A stretch of 32,000 nucleotides of DNA from Phycisphaera mikurensis NBRC 102666 (GCF_000284115.1 NC_017080.1:1170001-1202000), one strand, 5' to 3'. Positions 17,244-26,955 are shown, counted from the stretch's first letter. The notes: generated by a model not told the origin, from the sequence alone. Translations and numbers: made by a program.

Positions 17244-17804
17244 GTGGTGCCCGCCCGCGAGAACCCGTACCGCGTCGACCGGCTCGACGGGCTCCGCTTC
17301 GTCGCTCACGAGCCGGGCGTTTCGGCGGAAGAGGTCGTGCAACGCTTCCGGACGCGGGGCTGGCGCGGCTCGATCGTCGGGCCGCACGGCTCGGGCAAGT
17401 CGACGCTGCTGCGGGAGCTCGGCGACGCCGCGGCGGCGGAGGGCGCGGCCCTGTGGCGGCCGTTCGTGAACCGGTCGACGCCGTGGCGCTCGCGGCGGAT
17501 CGAACCGCCGGCCGCCTCGACGGTCTGGGCGATCGACGGCTGGTGCCACCTGCCGCCGACGCGACGCCGCCGCCTCCGCCGCCTCGCCCGCGCCCGCGAC
17601 GCCGCGATCCTCGGCACCGCCCACGCCTGCGGCTGGGGCCTGCCGGTCGTCCACCGCACGCGGAGCACGCCGGCGGTGCTGGCCGCCCTCCGGGCGCAGC
17701 TGGGCGACGCGGCGGGCGGCGGCGAGGCCGAGCTGCTGGCGGCCTCGAGCGAGGGGGTCCGCGGCGCCCTTCTCGCGCTGTACGACCGCGCGGCGGGCCG
17801 CTGA
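17244..17804 (+). CDS. Small P-loop NTPase, function unknown
   Basis: Walker A is IVGPHGSGKSTLL and a Walker-B-like stretch is TVWAIDGW. The start is uncertain: GTG 17244/17247 is preferred, and GTG 17106 would add an Arg/Pro-rich extension. Confidence 0.55.
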   Translation: MVPARENPYRVDRLDGLRFVAHEPGVSAEEVVQRFRTRGWRGSIVGPHGSGKSTLLRELGDAAAAEGAALWRPFVNRSTPWRSRRIEPPAASTVWAIDGWCHLPPTRRRRLRRLARARDAAILGTAHACGWGLPVVHRTRSTPAVLAALRAQLGDAAGGGEAELLAASSEGVRGALLALYDRAAGR

Positions 17805-17827
17805 CGCCCTCGCTTCTACCGTCGTTG

Positions 17828-18616
17828 ATGCCCCGACGCTCCGCCCCCGGGATGCTGCTCCCCCTCCTGCTCCTGGCCGCTTGCGCCGAGTCGGCACCGG
17901 CCGGTCCCGCGGCGTCTCCGGCCGCCGTCGCCGGGGGCGACGGCTACGCCACGCTGCCCGCCGCCTCCCGCGACGGGATCGGCAAGGCGTACCTCGGCCG
18001 CGAGATCTCGCAAGTGATGGGCCACCTCGGGGCGGGCTGGCTGGAGCGGCCCGAGCGGGAGCGGGAGGAGCGGACCGACCTGCTCGTCGACGCGCTCGAT
18101 CTGGCGCCCACCGACACCGTGGCCGACGTCGGCGCCGGCACCGGCTACTTCACCTTCCGCCTCGCGGAGCGTGTGCCCGAGGGCCGCGTGCTCGGCGTGG
18201 ACATCCAGCCGGAGATGCTGGCGATGCTCGAGGCCGGCGAGGCCGACCGCGGCCTCGACAACGTCGAGCCGGTGCTCGGCCGGGTGGACGACCCGCGGCT
18301 GCCGGCGGGCGCCGTCGACCTCGTTCTGCTCGTCGACGCGTACCACGAGTTCGAGTTCCCGCGCGAGATGATGGCCGGCATCGCGGCTTCCCTCGCCCCC
18401 GGCGGGCGCGTCGCCCTCGTCGAGTACCGCGGCGAAGACCCGGCGGTCCCCATCAAGCCGCTGCACAAGATGACCGAGGCGCAGGCCGTCCGCGAGATGC
18501 GTGCCGCCGGCCTCGTGCACCTCCGCACCGACGACCGCCTCCCGCAGCAGCACCTGATGTTCTTCGGGCGGCCTCAGGACGCCGCCGCGCCGCGGACCGG
18601 CGGCCGCGGCGGCTAA
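17828..18616 (+). CDS. Class I SAM-dependent methyltransferase with lipoprotein signal peptide
   Basis: ATG 17828. Leader MPRRSAPGMLLPLLLLAAC (lipobox LAAC). SAM motif I is VADVGAGTGYFT and a post-I acidic residue is in VLGVDIQ. Located 23 nt after the P-loop gene. Confidence 0.8.
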   Translation: MPRRSAPGMLLPLLLLAACAESAPAGPAASPAAVAGGDGYATLPAASRDGIGKAYLGREISQVMGHLGAGWLERPEREREERTDLLVDALDLAPTDTVADVGAGTGYFTFRLAERVPEGRVLGVDIQPEMLAMLEAGEADRGLDNVEPVLGRVDDPRLPAGAVDLVLLVDAYHEFEFPREMMAGIAASLAPGGRVALVEYRGEDPAVPIKPLHKMTEAQAVREMRAAGLVHLRTDDRLPQQHLMFFGRPQDAAAPRTGGRGG

Positions 18617-18687
18617 GAGCAGCCGCGGTCCGCGGACCCGGTGGTGCCGGGGCTCGCGGATCCGCCCGGTCCGCCCGGCTCCCGCGT

Positions 18688-20208
18688 TCAGCGGACGCGG
18701 GGACGCGGCAGCCGGTACGCCCACTTGCGGGCCAAGCCCGGCAGCCGAACCGGCGTCGTCGCGGCGACCCGCACGTTGTTGTAGAGGCCGGCGGCCATGA
18801 AGCGGACGACGTCGCGGGTGCCCGCGGCGGCGGGCTCGCGGAGGCCGAGCGCGAAGGCCAGGGCGCCGAAGCGGAGCAGCGTCGACAGCGCGAACAGCAC
18901 GTGGAAGAAGGTGAACGTGAAGACGACCCCGCCCAGCCCCAGCGGCAGGCCGGCCGGCAGCACGCGGACGTCCGACCAGCCGCGGAGGTGGTGGGCGACC
19001 ACCCCGCCGACGAGGCCCGAGAGCCCTCCCGCGACCGCGGTCGCCACCGACAGCAGCGCCGCCGACTGCGCCCCGGCCCCCCGCTCGTCTCGCCGGCTGC
19101 GGTCGGCGTCCTTGCTGAACTCCAGGAGGAAGTTGAAGTTCGCCAGCTCCATGCCCGGCCAAGCCGCGGTCGTGAGGATCACGATCAGGTAGCCCGGCCA
19201 AAACAGCTCCGGCGTCATGATCCCCCAGCCAACCGCGCCGAAGCAGACGACCCCGCCGCTGATCAGGACCACCGGCTTCTTCCCGCGGCGGTCGCACATC
19301 CGGCCCCAGAACGGCCGGGTGAACAGCGCCGTCACCATCGGGACCGAGATGATCAGCAGGTTCGCCTTCAGATTGCTCCAGCCCAGCCCCTGCTCCGCGT
19401 CGAGCACGTAGAGCCAGAGGTACTGGCCGATGAAGGCGGTCGCGAGCGTGAAGCCGAAGTTCAAGCCCAGGAAGTGGCGGAAGTGCGCATCCCGCAGCGG
19501 GTTGAGCAGGTCGACGACGCGGAAGGGCGGCCGGTCGTGGCGCTGCTTCCGGGGCCCGGCGTGCGGGTCGGCGATCCTCAGGAAGAGCAGGATGTCGATC
19601 GCCCCGAGCGCCCCGGCCGCCGCCACCATCGCCGAGGTGAGGCCGAGGTCCGCGCCCGGCCCCGGCTCCCCGCCGCCGCCGAAGGCGTCGAGCAGCAGCG
19701 CCGACCCGATCGACGCCGCGATGGCCACCGGCGTCACCAGGCTCGCCCGCCGCGCGAAGTAGCGGCCGCGGATGCGCCGCGGGATGAGGTCGCTCATCCA
19801 GTTCATCCACGCCGGCCCCGTCGCCTGCATGCACGACCAGGCCAGCAGCAGCACCGCCACCACGCCCGGCCACGCCGGAAGGCTCGCGGGCATCAGCCAC
19901 GGCAGAACCGCCGCCGCGGTGAAGCCCAGGCGCCCGACCGTGCCCAGCACGAGGAACAGCGTCCGCCGCCCGCCGCGCGCGTTGATCCACCAGCTCGCCG
20001 GCAGCTGCGACAGCGCGCCCAGGAACGGGATCGCCGCGAGGAAACCGAAGCCCCAGTCCGGCAGCCCGGCGGCCGTGACGAAGCGGGTCATCACCGCGCC
20101 CGAGATGATCCACAGCCAAGCCGATCCGAACGCCCACGCGAGCGTCACCGTGCGGAGGTCTCTCTGCAGCGGCGAGCGGTCGGCGTCTTGGGCGGGGAGC
20201 AGGCGCAT
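18688..20208 (-). CDS. MFS transporter
   Basis: 506 aa with many hydrophobic segments. Loop motifs are MFS-like (INARGGRRTLFL, CDRRGKKPVVL). Confidence 0.8.
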   Translation of the reverse strand: MRLLPAQDADRSPLQRDLRTVTLAWAFGSAWLWIISGAVMTRFVTAAGLPDWGFGFLAAIPFLGALSQLPASWWINARGGRRTLFLVLGTVGRLGFTAAAVLPWLMPASLPAWPGVVAVLLLAWSCMQATGPAWMNWMSDLIPRRIRGRYFARRASLVTPVAIAASIGSALLLDAFGGGGEPGPGADLGLTSAMVAAAGALGAIDILLFLRIADPHAGPRKQRHDRPPFRVVDLLNPLRDAHFRHFLGLNFGFTLATAFIGQYLWLYVLDAEQGLGWSNLKANLLIISVPMVTALFTRPFWGRMCDRRGKKPVVLISGGVVCFGAVGWGIMTPELFWPGYLIVILTTAAWPGMELANFNFLLEFSKDADRSRRDERGAGAQSAALLSVATAVAGGLSGLVGGVVAHHLRGWSDVRVLPAGLPLGLGGVVFTFTFFHVLFALSTLLRFGALAFALGLREPAAAGTRDVVRFMAAGLYNNVRVAATTPVRLPGLARKWAYRLPRPRVR

Positions 20209-20231
20209 CGCCCGCGGAAGCTACGGGAGGC

Positions 20232-20263
20232 GCGGGCGGGTCGGCGGCGCGGGGCCCGCCCGC
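20232..20263 (-). terminator. GC-rich hairpin after lhgO (GCGGGCGGG ... CCCGCCCGC)
   Basis: 9-bp perfect stem with a 14-nt loop in the 66-nt gap between the lhgO stop (20275) and the MFS start (20208). No U-tract. Confidence 0.25.
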
Positions 20264-20274
20264 CCGCCCGCCGC

Positions 20275-21504
20275 TCACACCGCGACGGCGGCCGGCCGGG
20301 CGGGCAGGCGCGGCCCGAGCTTCTCGGTGATGAGCTTGCCGATGTTCAAGGAGGCGGTGGCGGCGGGGCTCGGCGCGTTGTTCACGTTGACCACCCCGTC
20401 GGCCTCGTCGACGATGAAGTCGTCGACCAGGGTGCCGTCGCGCTTGAGCGCCTGGGCCCGGATGCCGCTGGGGCAGGCGACCAGGTGCTCGGCCCGGATC
20501 TCGGGCATGAGCCGCGCGAGCGCCTTCACGAAGGCCGCCTTGTTGTAGCTCCGCCACATCTCGCCCACGCCCATCTTCCAGTTCTTCGCGGCCATCTTCA
20601 CGAAGCCGGGGTAGGTCAGCGACTCCCAGAGGTCCCGCGGGTTCATCTCGAACTTGCCATAGCACTCGCGGCCCAGCGCCAGCACGGCGTTGGGGCCGCA
20701 CTCCACGCCGCCGCCGATCATGCTCGTGAAGTGCACGCCCAGGAAGGGGAAGGCCGGGTCGGGCACCGGGTAGATGAGCGTCTTGCAGAGGTGCTCGGCC
20801 TCGGGGGTCAGCTCGAAGTACTCGCCGCGGAAGGGGACGATCTGGGCCGAGGGCTCGTTGCCGGAGAGCTTCGTCACGCGGTCGCAGTGCAGGCCGCCGC
20901 AGTTGACGACGAGCTTCGTTCGGGTCTCGGTCCGAACGTCGCCGTGGTGGCGGAGCGTGGTGACGCCGTCCTTCCCGCGGGTCATGCCGGTGACCTCCGA
21001 AGACAGCAGCACCTCGCCGCCGCGCTCCTCGATGAGACGGCCCATCGTGAGACAGACCTCGGCGTAGTCGACGATGCCGCTCTCGGGGACGTGGATCGCG
21101 CCGACGCTGGCGACGTGCGGCTCGAGCTCGCGGCACCGCTCGCCGGAGATCCGCTCGCAGTCGATGCCGTTGGCCTGGCCCCGCTCGAAGATGGCGTCGA
21201 GCTTGGGCAGCTCCTTCTCGTCGGTGGCGGTGATGACCTTGCCGCAGAGCTTGTACGGCACGCCGTGCTCCTCGCAGAAGGCCTCCATCGCTTTCTTGCC
21301 GGCCCGGCAGTTGATCGCCTTCAACGAGCCCGGCTTGTAGTAGATGCCGCTGTGCAGCACCCCGGAGTTGTGGCCGGTCTGGTGCTTGGCGAGCGTCGAT
21401 TCCTTCTCCAGCACGGAGACCTTCAGCCCGGGGTGGTCCTGCAGCAGGTTCCAGGCGGTCGCGAGGCCGACGATGCCGCCGCCGATGAGGGTCACGTCGT
21501 TCAT
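20275..21504 (-). CDS. lhgO: L-2-hydroxyglutarate oxidase (FAD-dependent)
   Basis: ATG 21504. FAD-binding fold MNDVTLIGGGIVGLATA. HQTGHNSGVLHSGIYYKPGSLKA, IVPFRGEY and GVHFT are typical of LhgO/YgaF. Confidence 0.85.
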   Translation of the reverse strand: MNDVTLIGGGIVGLATAWNLLQDHPGLKVSVLEKESTLAKHQTGHNSGVLHSGIYYKPGSLKAINCRAGKKAMEAFCEEHGVPYKLCGKVITATDEKELPKLDAIFERGQANGIDCERISGERCRELEPHVASVGAIHVPESGIVDYAEVCLTMGRLIEERGGEVLLSSEVTGMTRGKDGVTTLRHHGDVRTETRTKLVVNCGGLHCDRVTKLSGNEPSAQIVPFRGEYFELTPEAEHLCKTLIYPVPDPAFPFLGVHFTSMIGGGVECGPNAVLALGRECYGKFEMNPRDLWESLTYPGFVKMAAKNWKMGVGEMWRSYNKAAFVKALARLMPEIRAEHLVACPSGIRAQALKRDGTLVDDFIVDEADGVVNVNNAPSPAATASLNIGKLITEKLGPRLPARPAAVAV

Positions 21505-21590
21505 GGAGGGCTTTCGCGGGCGCGCGGGCGGGCCAAGGTACGCCCGCTGCATCGGCCGATCGGGCCGGCCGCATGAAGGCGTGGCGGCGG

Positions 21591-22613
21591 TCAGGAGCCC
21601 GGCTTCTCCATCGGGAAGGCCAGCAGCAGCACCGCGCCGACGAAGCCGGAAGTCAGCTGGTACCCCCGGAGGAAGAGCAGCATCCCGACGATGCCGTTGT
21701 CCGCGCTGTCGCCCGCCGCGAGGGTCGAGATCGCGAGGGCTTCCATGACCCCGAGGCCCTGGTACGTCAGCGGCACGGCGGCGGCGGCGATGCAAAGCGG
21801 CAGGACCACGAGCAGGCGGCCCAGCGAAACGTGCTCCCCGAGGCCCAGCGCGAGGCCCGCGCAGGCGGCGGAGACGGTGAGCAAGCCGTGCACCGCCAGC
21901 GTGAGGGCGATGGCGCGGACCACCGGCCGCATCCCCTGCTCGCGGTACACCCGGGCGGCGCGGAAGACCCCGCCGACGCCCCGCAAGCGGTCGAGGCGGG
22001 CCAGGCGCAGCCCGCGGAAGGTCGGGCCCCAGCCGTAGCCGGCGATCGCCAGCGCCCCGGCGAGCACCACGACGCCCACCGTCAGCACCACCGGGCGGAT
22101 CGTCTCGTCGCCGAGCTGCGTGACCCCGACCAGGGTCGCCAGCACGAGCAGGCCGAAGAGCCCCGAGCAGCGGTCCACGAAGACGCTGAGCCACACCGCC
22201 GTCTTGCCGCCGGTCCCGCGGTCGTGCCCGCGGCCCGCGTAGTACGCCTTCACGACGTCTCCGCCGGTGCTGCCCACGGGGATGCAGTAGTTGAAGAAGT
22301 TGCCGACGTAGGTGAGCCGCAGCGTGCGGAGGAAGGGCATCGGCACCGCGGCCGCGCGGAGCAGGCCCCACCAGCGGTAGCTGGAGACGGGGATCGACAG
22401 CGCGGCGAGGGCGAGGCCCAGCAGCAGCAGGCCCGGGTCGGCGTCTCGGAGGAGGTCGAGGAAGCCGGGCTCGGGGCTCCCGTCGGCGGCCACGCCGCCG
22501 GTCCAGCGCACCGTCTTGACGATGTAAGCGATGCCCGCGGCGGCGACGCCGAGCCGCAACGCGTGCCCGAGGATCCGGCGGGCGAGCGGCTTGGGCGGGG
22601 CGGCGGGCGGCAT
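21591..22613 (-). CDS. Flippase-like / lysylphosphatidylglycerol-synthase-TM-region family membrane protein (UPF0104)
   Basis: ATG 22613. Polytopic membrane protein with RWWGLLRAA...RLTYVGNFFNYCIPVGSTGGDVVKAYY, characteristic of the LPG_synthase_TM/flippase-like family. Confidence 0.7.
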   Translation of the reverse strand: MPPAAPPKPLARRILGHALRLGVAAAGIAYIVKTVRWTGGVAADGSPEPGFLDLLRDADPGLLLLGLALAALSIPVSSYRWWGLLRAAAVPMPFLRTLRLTYVGNFFNYCIPVGSTGGDVVKAYYAGRGHDRGTGGKTAVWLSVFVDRCSGLFGLLVLATLVGVTQLGDETIRPVVLTVGVVVLAGALAIAGYGWGPTFRGLRLARLDRLRGVGGVFRAARVYREQGMRPVVRAIALTLAVHGLLTVSAACAGLALGLGEHVSLGRLLVVLPLCIAAAAVPLTYQGLGVMEALAISTLAAGDSADNGIVGMLLFLRGYQLTSGFVGAVLLLAFPMEKPGS

Positions 22614-22658
22614 TTGGTTCGGGTCCGGCCCGGGGCCGGGGCTTACGCTATCGGCCGC

Positions 22659-23852
22659 ATGCGCAAACTCTTCCTCTTGGCGTGGGGGGCGGTGGTTCCC
22701 GCCGTGCTCGCGGCGGCCTCGCACGCCGCCCCCGCGGACCGTGGCGGTTCCGCGTCCGCGGAGGCCGCGGTCCGCGGCGGGCTCGGCTTCCTCGTGCAAC
22801 ACCAAGACGCGGACGGCGCCTGGAGCCCCGGGCCCGGCCCGGCGGTGACGGCGCTGGTGCTCCGCGCGCTCCTCCAGGACGGGCGGACGCCGCCGACGGA
22901 TCCGGCGGCGGCCGCGGCGTTGTCCTACGTGCTGGACGCGGTGCAGCCGGACGGCTCGTTCCGCGGCGGGCCCGACGGGATGCTGGCGAACTACAACACC
23001 GCAATCTGCGTGTCCGCGCTGGCGCAGCTGCCCGGCGACCCGAGGGCTTCCGCCGCGGTGCGGGGCGGCGTCGACTTCCTCCGCGCCAAGCAGTGGCAGG
23101 CCGGGATGACGGATCCCGCCGGCGACGCGGTCGACGATTGCCATCCCTACTTCGGCGGCGCGGGCTACGGCCGGCACGGCCGCCCCGACGTCAGCAACAC
23201 GCAGATGATGGTGCAGGCCCTGCACGACGCCGGCCTGTCCCCCAGCGACCCCGCCTTCCAGCGGGCCGCGACCTTCATCGCCCGCTGCCAGGGCAGCGAG
23301 GCGAACGACTTCTTCCCCCCGGGGACGATCAAGCCCGACGGCGGCATCATCTACTCCACCAGCGAGGACCGCGGGAACATCGGCGTGCCGCAGTCGATGG
23401 CGAACCCCGGGCAGCTGGACCCGACGGTCGACGAGGGCCTGCGCCGCCCCGTGTCGGGCCTCCGCGGCTACGGCTCGATGACCTACGCGGGCTTCAAGAG
23501 CTTCCTCTACGCGGGCCTCACCCGCGAGGACCCGCGGGTGGCGGCGGCGCTGGGCTGGATCCGCGAGAACCACACGCTCGAGCGCAACCCCGGCATGCCC
23601 GACGGGCTCGACCAGCAGGGCCTCTACTACTACTACCTCGTCTACGGCCAGGCGCTCGCGGCCTTCGGCGAGGATCTCGTGGAGCAAGCCGGCGGCGATC
23701 CGCTGGACTGGCGCGCCGCGCTGGCGGCGGCGCTCGCCCAGCGGCAGCGGCCGGACGGGAGCTGGAGCAACGACGAGGACCGCTGGATGGAGGGCGACCC
23801 GAACCTGGCGACCGCCTTCGCCGTCCTGGCGCTGCAGGCCGCGGCCCGGTGA
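22659..23852 (+). CDS. Secreted prenyltransferase/squalene-oxidase repeat protein
   Basis: ATG 22659 with signal peptide MRKLFLLAWGAVVPAVLAAASHA. Repeated Q-x-x-D-G-x-W-type motifs (QHQDADGAWS, VQPDGSF, RQRPDGSWS). Divergent from 21591..22613 with a 45-bp spacer. Confidence 0.75.
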   Translation: MRKLFLLAWGAVVPAVLAAASHAAPADRGGSASAEAAVRGGLGFLVQHQDADGAWSPGPGPAVTALVLRALLQDGRTPPTDPAAAAALSYVLDAVQPDGSFRGGPDGMLANYNTAICVSALAQLPGDPRASAAVRGGVDFLRAKQWQAGMTDPAGDAVDDCHPYFGGAGYGRHGRPDVSNTQMMVQALHDAGLSPSDPAFQRAATFIARCQGSEANDFFPPGTIKPDGGIIYSTSEDRGNIGVPQSMANPGQLDPTVDEGLRRPVSGLRGYGSMTYAGFKSFLYAGLTREDPRVAAALGWIRENHTLERNPGMPDGLDQQGLYYYYLVYGQALAAFGEDLVEQAGGDPLDWRAALAAALAQRQRPDGSWSNDEDRWMEGDPNLATAFAVLALQAAAR

Positions 23853-23900
23853 GCCGGAGGCCGCGGGAGGGCAGGCGTCACCGGGCGGGCGCAGGCCGAC

Positions 23901-23931
23901 GGCATCGGGCGTCGCGGGGACGCCCGATGCC
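23901..23931. terminator. Perfect 13-bp stem/5-nt loop hairpin (GGCATCGGGCGTC-gcggg-GACGCCCGATGCC)
   Basis: Lies between the stop of the plus-strand gene (23852) and the 3' end of the minus-strand tRNA (23941). It could terminate both. No U-tract. Confidence 0.5.
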
Positions 23932-23940
23932 GGGGCTCAG

Positions 23941-24022
23941 TGGGCAATCCTGGATTCGAACCAGGGTAGACATAGTCAGCTGATTTACAGTCAGCCCCGT
24001 TTGGCCGCTCCGGCAATCACCC
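23941..24022 (-). tRNA. tRNA-Tyr: tRNA-Tyr (anticodon GTA), class II with long variable arm; CCA not encoded
   Basis: The reverse complement reads GGGTGAT TG CCGGAGCGGCCAAACGGG GCTGA CTGTAAA TCAGC TGACTATGTCTAC CCTGG TTCGAAT CCAGG ATTGCCC A. Acceptor, anticodon (loop CTGTAAA) and T arms all pair. The D-loop GAGCGGCCAAA resembles bacterial tRNA-Tyr. Confidence 0.92.
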
Positions 24023-24132
24023 AGCAGCCAGAAGATAGCGTCATCGGCGGCCCGGATGCAAACGCGGGCTCCCCGGGCCGCCGGCTGGGCCGCACCGGCG
24101 GCCCGAGCCCGCCCCGCGGTAGCGTCCAGCCC

Positions 24133-25947
24133 ATGCGGTGGTGGTCCCGATCGTCCGAGGCGCTCCGGCGACGCTTCGGCGGCACCGGCTGGAGGCTCAT
24201 GCCGATGGCGGCCGCCGTCGGGGCGGCGATGGGCGTGGTGGCCGTCGCCTTCGACCGCCTCGTCGGGGAGGCGGGCCGGCTGATCTTCTCGCTCCCGGGG
24301 GGCCGCGCCTTCGCCGGCGTCGACCTCGTGCTGCTGGTGCTGCTGCCCGCGGGCGGCGGGCTGCTCGTGGGGCTGATCTCGCTGCTGGCGGGACGGCTGA
24401 CGCCGCTGTCGCGGGGTCCGGGGATCCCGGTGGTGGTGGAGGCGCTGGCGCGGCGGGACGGGGACATTCCCGCGGAGGCCGGGCTGTTCCGGGCGGTGAC
24501 GGCGAGCCTGACGATCGGCTCGGGCGGGTCCGCCGGCGTGGAGGGGCCGATCATCCTGATCGGCTCGGCGCTCTCCTCGGCGCTCGCGCGGCTGGGCCGG
24601 GTCAGCGCCGAGCAGCGGCGGACGCTGGTGGGTTGCGGCGCGGCGGCCGCGACGGCGGCCATCTTCAACGCCCCCATCGCCGCCGTGATCTTCGTGCTGG
24701 AGGTGATCCTGCGCGACTTCTCGACGCGGACCTTCGCGCCGATCGTGGTCGCCAGCGTCTTCGGCACCGTCACGGCGCAGGCGATCCTCGGCCGCAACGA
24801 GGCCGTCTTCGAGGTGGTGACCGAGCTGAACATCGAGCGCGTCTTCACCGGCCAGGAGCTCGCCCACTACGCGGTGCTCGGCGTGCTCGCCGGCCTGGTC
24901 GGCGCCGGCGTGAGCGCGTCGGTGCGGGCGGCGGAGCGGGTGGGCAAGCGGGCGGCCGGGCCGCCGTGGCTCAAGCCGGCCCTGGGCGGGGCGCTGCTGG
25001 GCCTGCTCGGGGTCGTCTGGATGGCGACGCTGGGCCCCGCGGCGGGGGGCGGGACCGAGGCGCCGCCTTTCTTCGGCAACGGCTACCCGGTCATCGAGCG
25101 GCTGCTCCGGCCCGAGACGTACGCGCAGGAAGGCGGCGGCGTCGTGCTGCTCGCGGCGCTGCTGGGGTTCAAGCTCCTGGGCACCTGCCTGACGCTGGGC
25201 TCGGGCGGCGCGGGCGGCGTGATCGCCCCGAGCCTGATGATCGGGGCGACGCTCGGAGCGCTCTTCGCTTCGGTCTGCACGGCGCTCGGCGCGTTCCCCG
25301 GCGAGAGCCCCGCGACGTACGCATTCGCCGGGATGGCGGGCCTGATCGCCGCGGTCGCGGGGTGTCCGCTGGCGGCGTTCCTGCTCGTGTTCGAGATCAC
25401 CGGCGATTACCAGCTGATCCTGCCGGCGATGCTCGTGGCGATCCTCGCCACCGGCGTGGCGCAGCTGTTCGTGCCCGACTCGATCTACGTCGCGATGCTC
25501 CGCGAGCGCGGCGTCCGCACCGGGGCCTACGCCGACTACACCCTGCTGCGCCGGCTGCACGCCCGCGACGTGCCGCTGGTGCCGGCGGTGACGGTGCGCC
25601 CCGAGGCGCCGGCCGCGGAGCTTCTGGCCCTCTCGCGACGCTACGCCGTCACCGACTTCGTGGTGGTCGACGCGAGCGACGGCTACGTCGGCCTCGTCAC
25701 CGCCGAGGACTTCCGCGCCCTCTTGCTCGCGGCGGACGCGCTGCCGCTGGTGGTGGTCGGCGAGCTGATGCGGACGGGCCTGCCGCCGGTGAACCCCGAC
25801 CACACGCTGGACCTGGTGATGGAGCAGTTTTCGCGGCACGACGTCGCGGGGCTGCCGGTGGTCGACGGCGGCGGCCGCATCCGCGGGATGCTGACGCGGG
25901 TCATGCTGATCCGCTCGTACCAGGAGACGCTGGCGGCCCGCGGCTGA
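24133..25947 (+). CDS. ClC-family chloride channel/H+-Cl- antiporter with C-terminal tandem CBS domains
   Basis: ClC selectivity motifs GSGGSAGVEGP and GGVIAPSL. The C-terminal roughly 130 aa follow a CBS-pair pattern. Start ATG 24133 is used because the track start 24001 overlaps the tRNA. Confidence 0.9.
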   Translation: MRWWSRSSEALRRRFGGTGWRLMPMAAAVGAAMGVVAVAFDRLVGEAGRLIFSLPGGRAFAGVDLVLLVLLPAGGGLLVGLISLLAGRLTPLSRGPGIPVVVEALARRDGDIPAEAGLFRAVTASLTIGSGGSAGVEGPIILIGSALSSALARLGRVSAEQRRTLVGCGAAAATAAIFNAPIAAVIFVLEVILRDFSTRTFAPIVVASVFGTVTAQAILGRNEAVFEVVTELNIERVFTGQELAHYAVLGVLAGLVGAGVSASVRAAERVGKRAAGPPWLKPALGGALLGLLGVVWMATLGPAAGGGTEAPPFFGNGYPVIERLLRPETYAQEGGGVVLLAALLGFKLLGTCLTLGSGGAGGVIAPSLMIGATLGALFASVCTALGAFPGESPATYAFAGMAGLIAAVAGCPLAAFLLVFEITGDYQLILPAMLVAILATGVAQLFVPDSIYVAMLRERGVRTGAYADYTLLRRLHARDVPLVPAVTVRPEAPAAELLALSRRYAVTDFVVVDASDGYVGLVTAEDFRALLLAADALPLVVVGELMRTGLPPVNPDHTLDLVMEQFSRHDVAGLPVVDGGGRIRGMLTRVMLIRSYQETLAARG

Positions 25948-25950
25948 GCG

Positions 25951-25998
25951 GCCGCGGACGGTCGATGCCCGTGACGATCGAGGGCCACGGTCCGCGGC
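25951..25998 (+). terminator. Composite hairpin between the ClC and metallophosphoesterase genes
   Basis: GCCGCGGAC (25951-25959) pairs with GTCCGCGGC (25990-25998). An inner TCGAT/ATCGA stem is also present. No U-tract. Confidence 0.25.
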
Positions 25999-26022
25999 GC
26001 CAACCCGCTCTACCTTCTGCCC

Positions 26023-26916
26023 ATGCGGCTGGCTCTCCTCGGCGACGTCCACTTCTTCGAGCTGCGGATGGCGCCCCGCCGGCTGCTGTCCAAGCGGGCG
26101 ATGGGCCACGCGAACCTCGTGCTCAACCGGCGGAAGAAGTTCGCCCACGAGCGGCTGCCGGCGCTGCTCGAGCATCTCAGAGCCCAGAAGCCCGACCGGC
26201 TGCTGATGAGCGGCGACGTGACGACCTCGTCGCTCGAGGCCGAGTTCGCGCGGGTCAGAACGGCCCTCGCCACGCTCGATGACGCCGAGCACGCCATCCA
26301 AACGGTGCTCGTGCCGGGCAACCACGACGCGTACACCTTCCGCAGCCACCGGACCTCGCGCATGCGGACGCTGCTCGCGGACGTGGTGCCGCCGAGCTTC
26401 CCGCACAACGAGCCGCTCGGCGACCGGTGGGAGCTGCTGGCGCTGGACTCGGCGGTCCCCAACCGGATCTTCTCCCGCGGCCGCCTCGGCGCCGAGCAGT
26501 TCGCCGCAACACGGACCGTCATCGAGCGCAAGCGGGCGGGCGAGGGCCTGGTGATCCTGTGCCACTACCCCTGCGTCGTGCCCCGCGGCACGCCCTCGGG
26601 GTGGAGCCACGACCTCAAGGAAGCCGCCGAGCTGCGCGAGCTCCTGCAGGCCAGCCCCGCCGAGATCGTCTTCGTCCACGGCCACGTGCACAAGCCGTGG
26701 TTCATCGGGGGGCCCAGGGGCCTGCGGCCCGGCGTCCGCATCCTCAACTGCGGCTCGCCGTGCATGCTCGGGCCGCGGTACCCCGCCGGGCAGGGGTACT
26801 GGACGATGGACCTGCCGGCCGACCCGACGCGGCCGCTGAACGCGACGCACCACGTGCCGCAGGCGGGCGGCGGGTTCGCGTCGACCGAGCACGCGGCGAC
26901 GCCGGGCCGACCGTGA
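26023..26916 (+). CDS. Metallophosphoesterase (calcineurin-like) family protein
   Basis: Motifs LLGDVHF, SGDVT, VPGNHD, CHYP and VHGHVH, in canonical order. Confidence 0.8.
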   Translation: MRLALLGDVHFFELRMAPRRLLSKRAMGHANLVLNRRKKFAHERLPALLEHLRAQKPDRLLMSGDVTTSSLEAEFARVRTALATLDDAEHAIQTVLVPGNHDAYTFRSHRTSRMRTLLADVVPPSFPHNEPLGDRWELLALDSAVPNRIFSRGRLGAEQFAATRTVIERKRAGEGLVILCHYPCVVPRGTPSGWSHDLKEAAELRELLQASPAEIVFVHGHVHKPWFIGGPRGLRPGVRILNCGSPCMLGPRYPAGQGYWTMDLPADPTRPLNATHHVPQAGGGFASTEHAATPGRP

Positions 26917-26955
26917 CCCCGGCCCGCGGGCGTGGCCGAAGCTCCGGCTGAGCGG

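Noticed and set aside
17816-21576. Two ~1230-1250-aa ORFs on opposite strands covering the same 3.7 kb
   Set aside because: Both are Arg/Pro/Gly-rich low-complexity translations. The region is fully explained by the methyltransferase, MFS and lhgO genes, which have clear family motifs. The same reasoning applies to 1627..3954(-), 23878..26892(-), 27871..31866(-), 5642..7672(+) and similar track entries.
24001-24132. Upstream start (24001) for the ClC channel ORF
   Set aside because: It would overlap the tRNA-Tyr gene on the opposite strand and add non-hydrophobic Gly/Pro-rich residues. ATG 24133 (MRWWSRS...) precedes the first TM segment.
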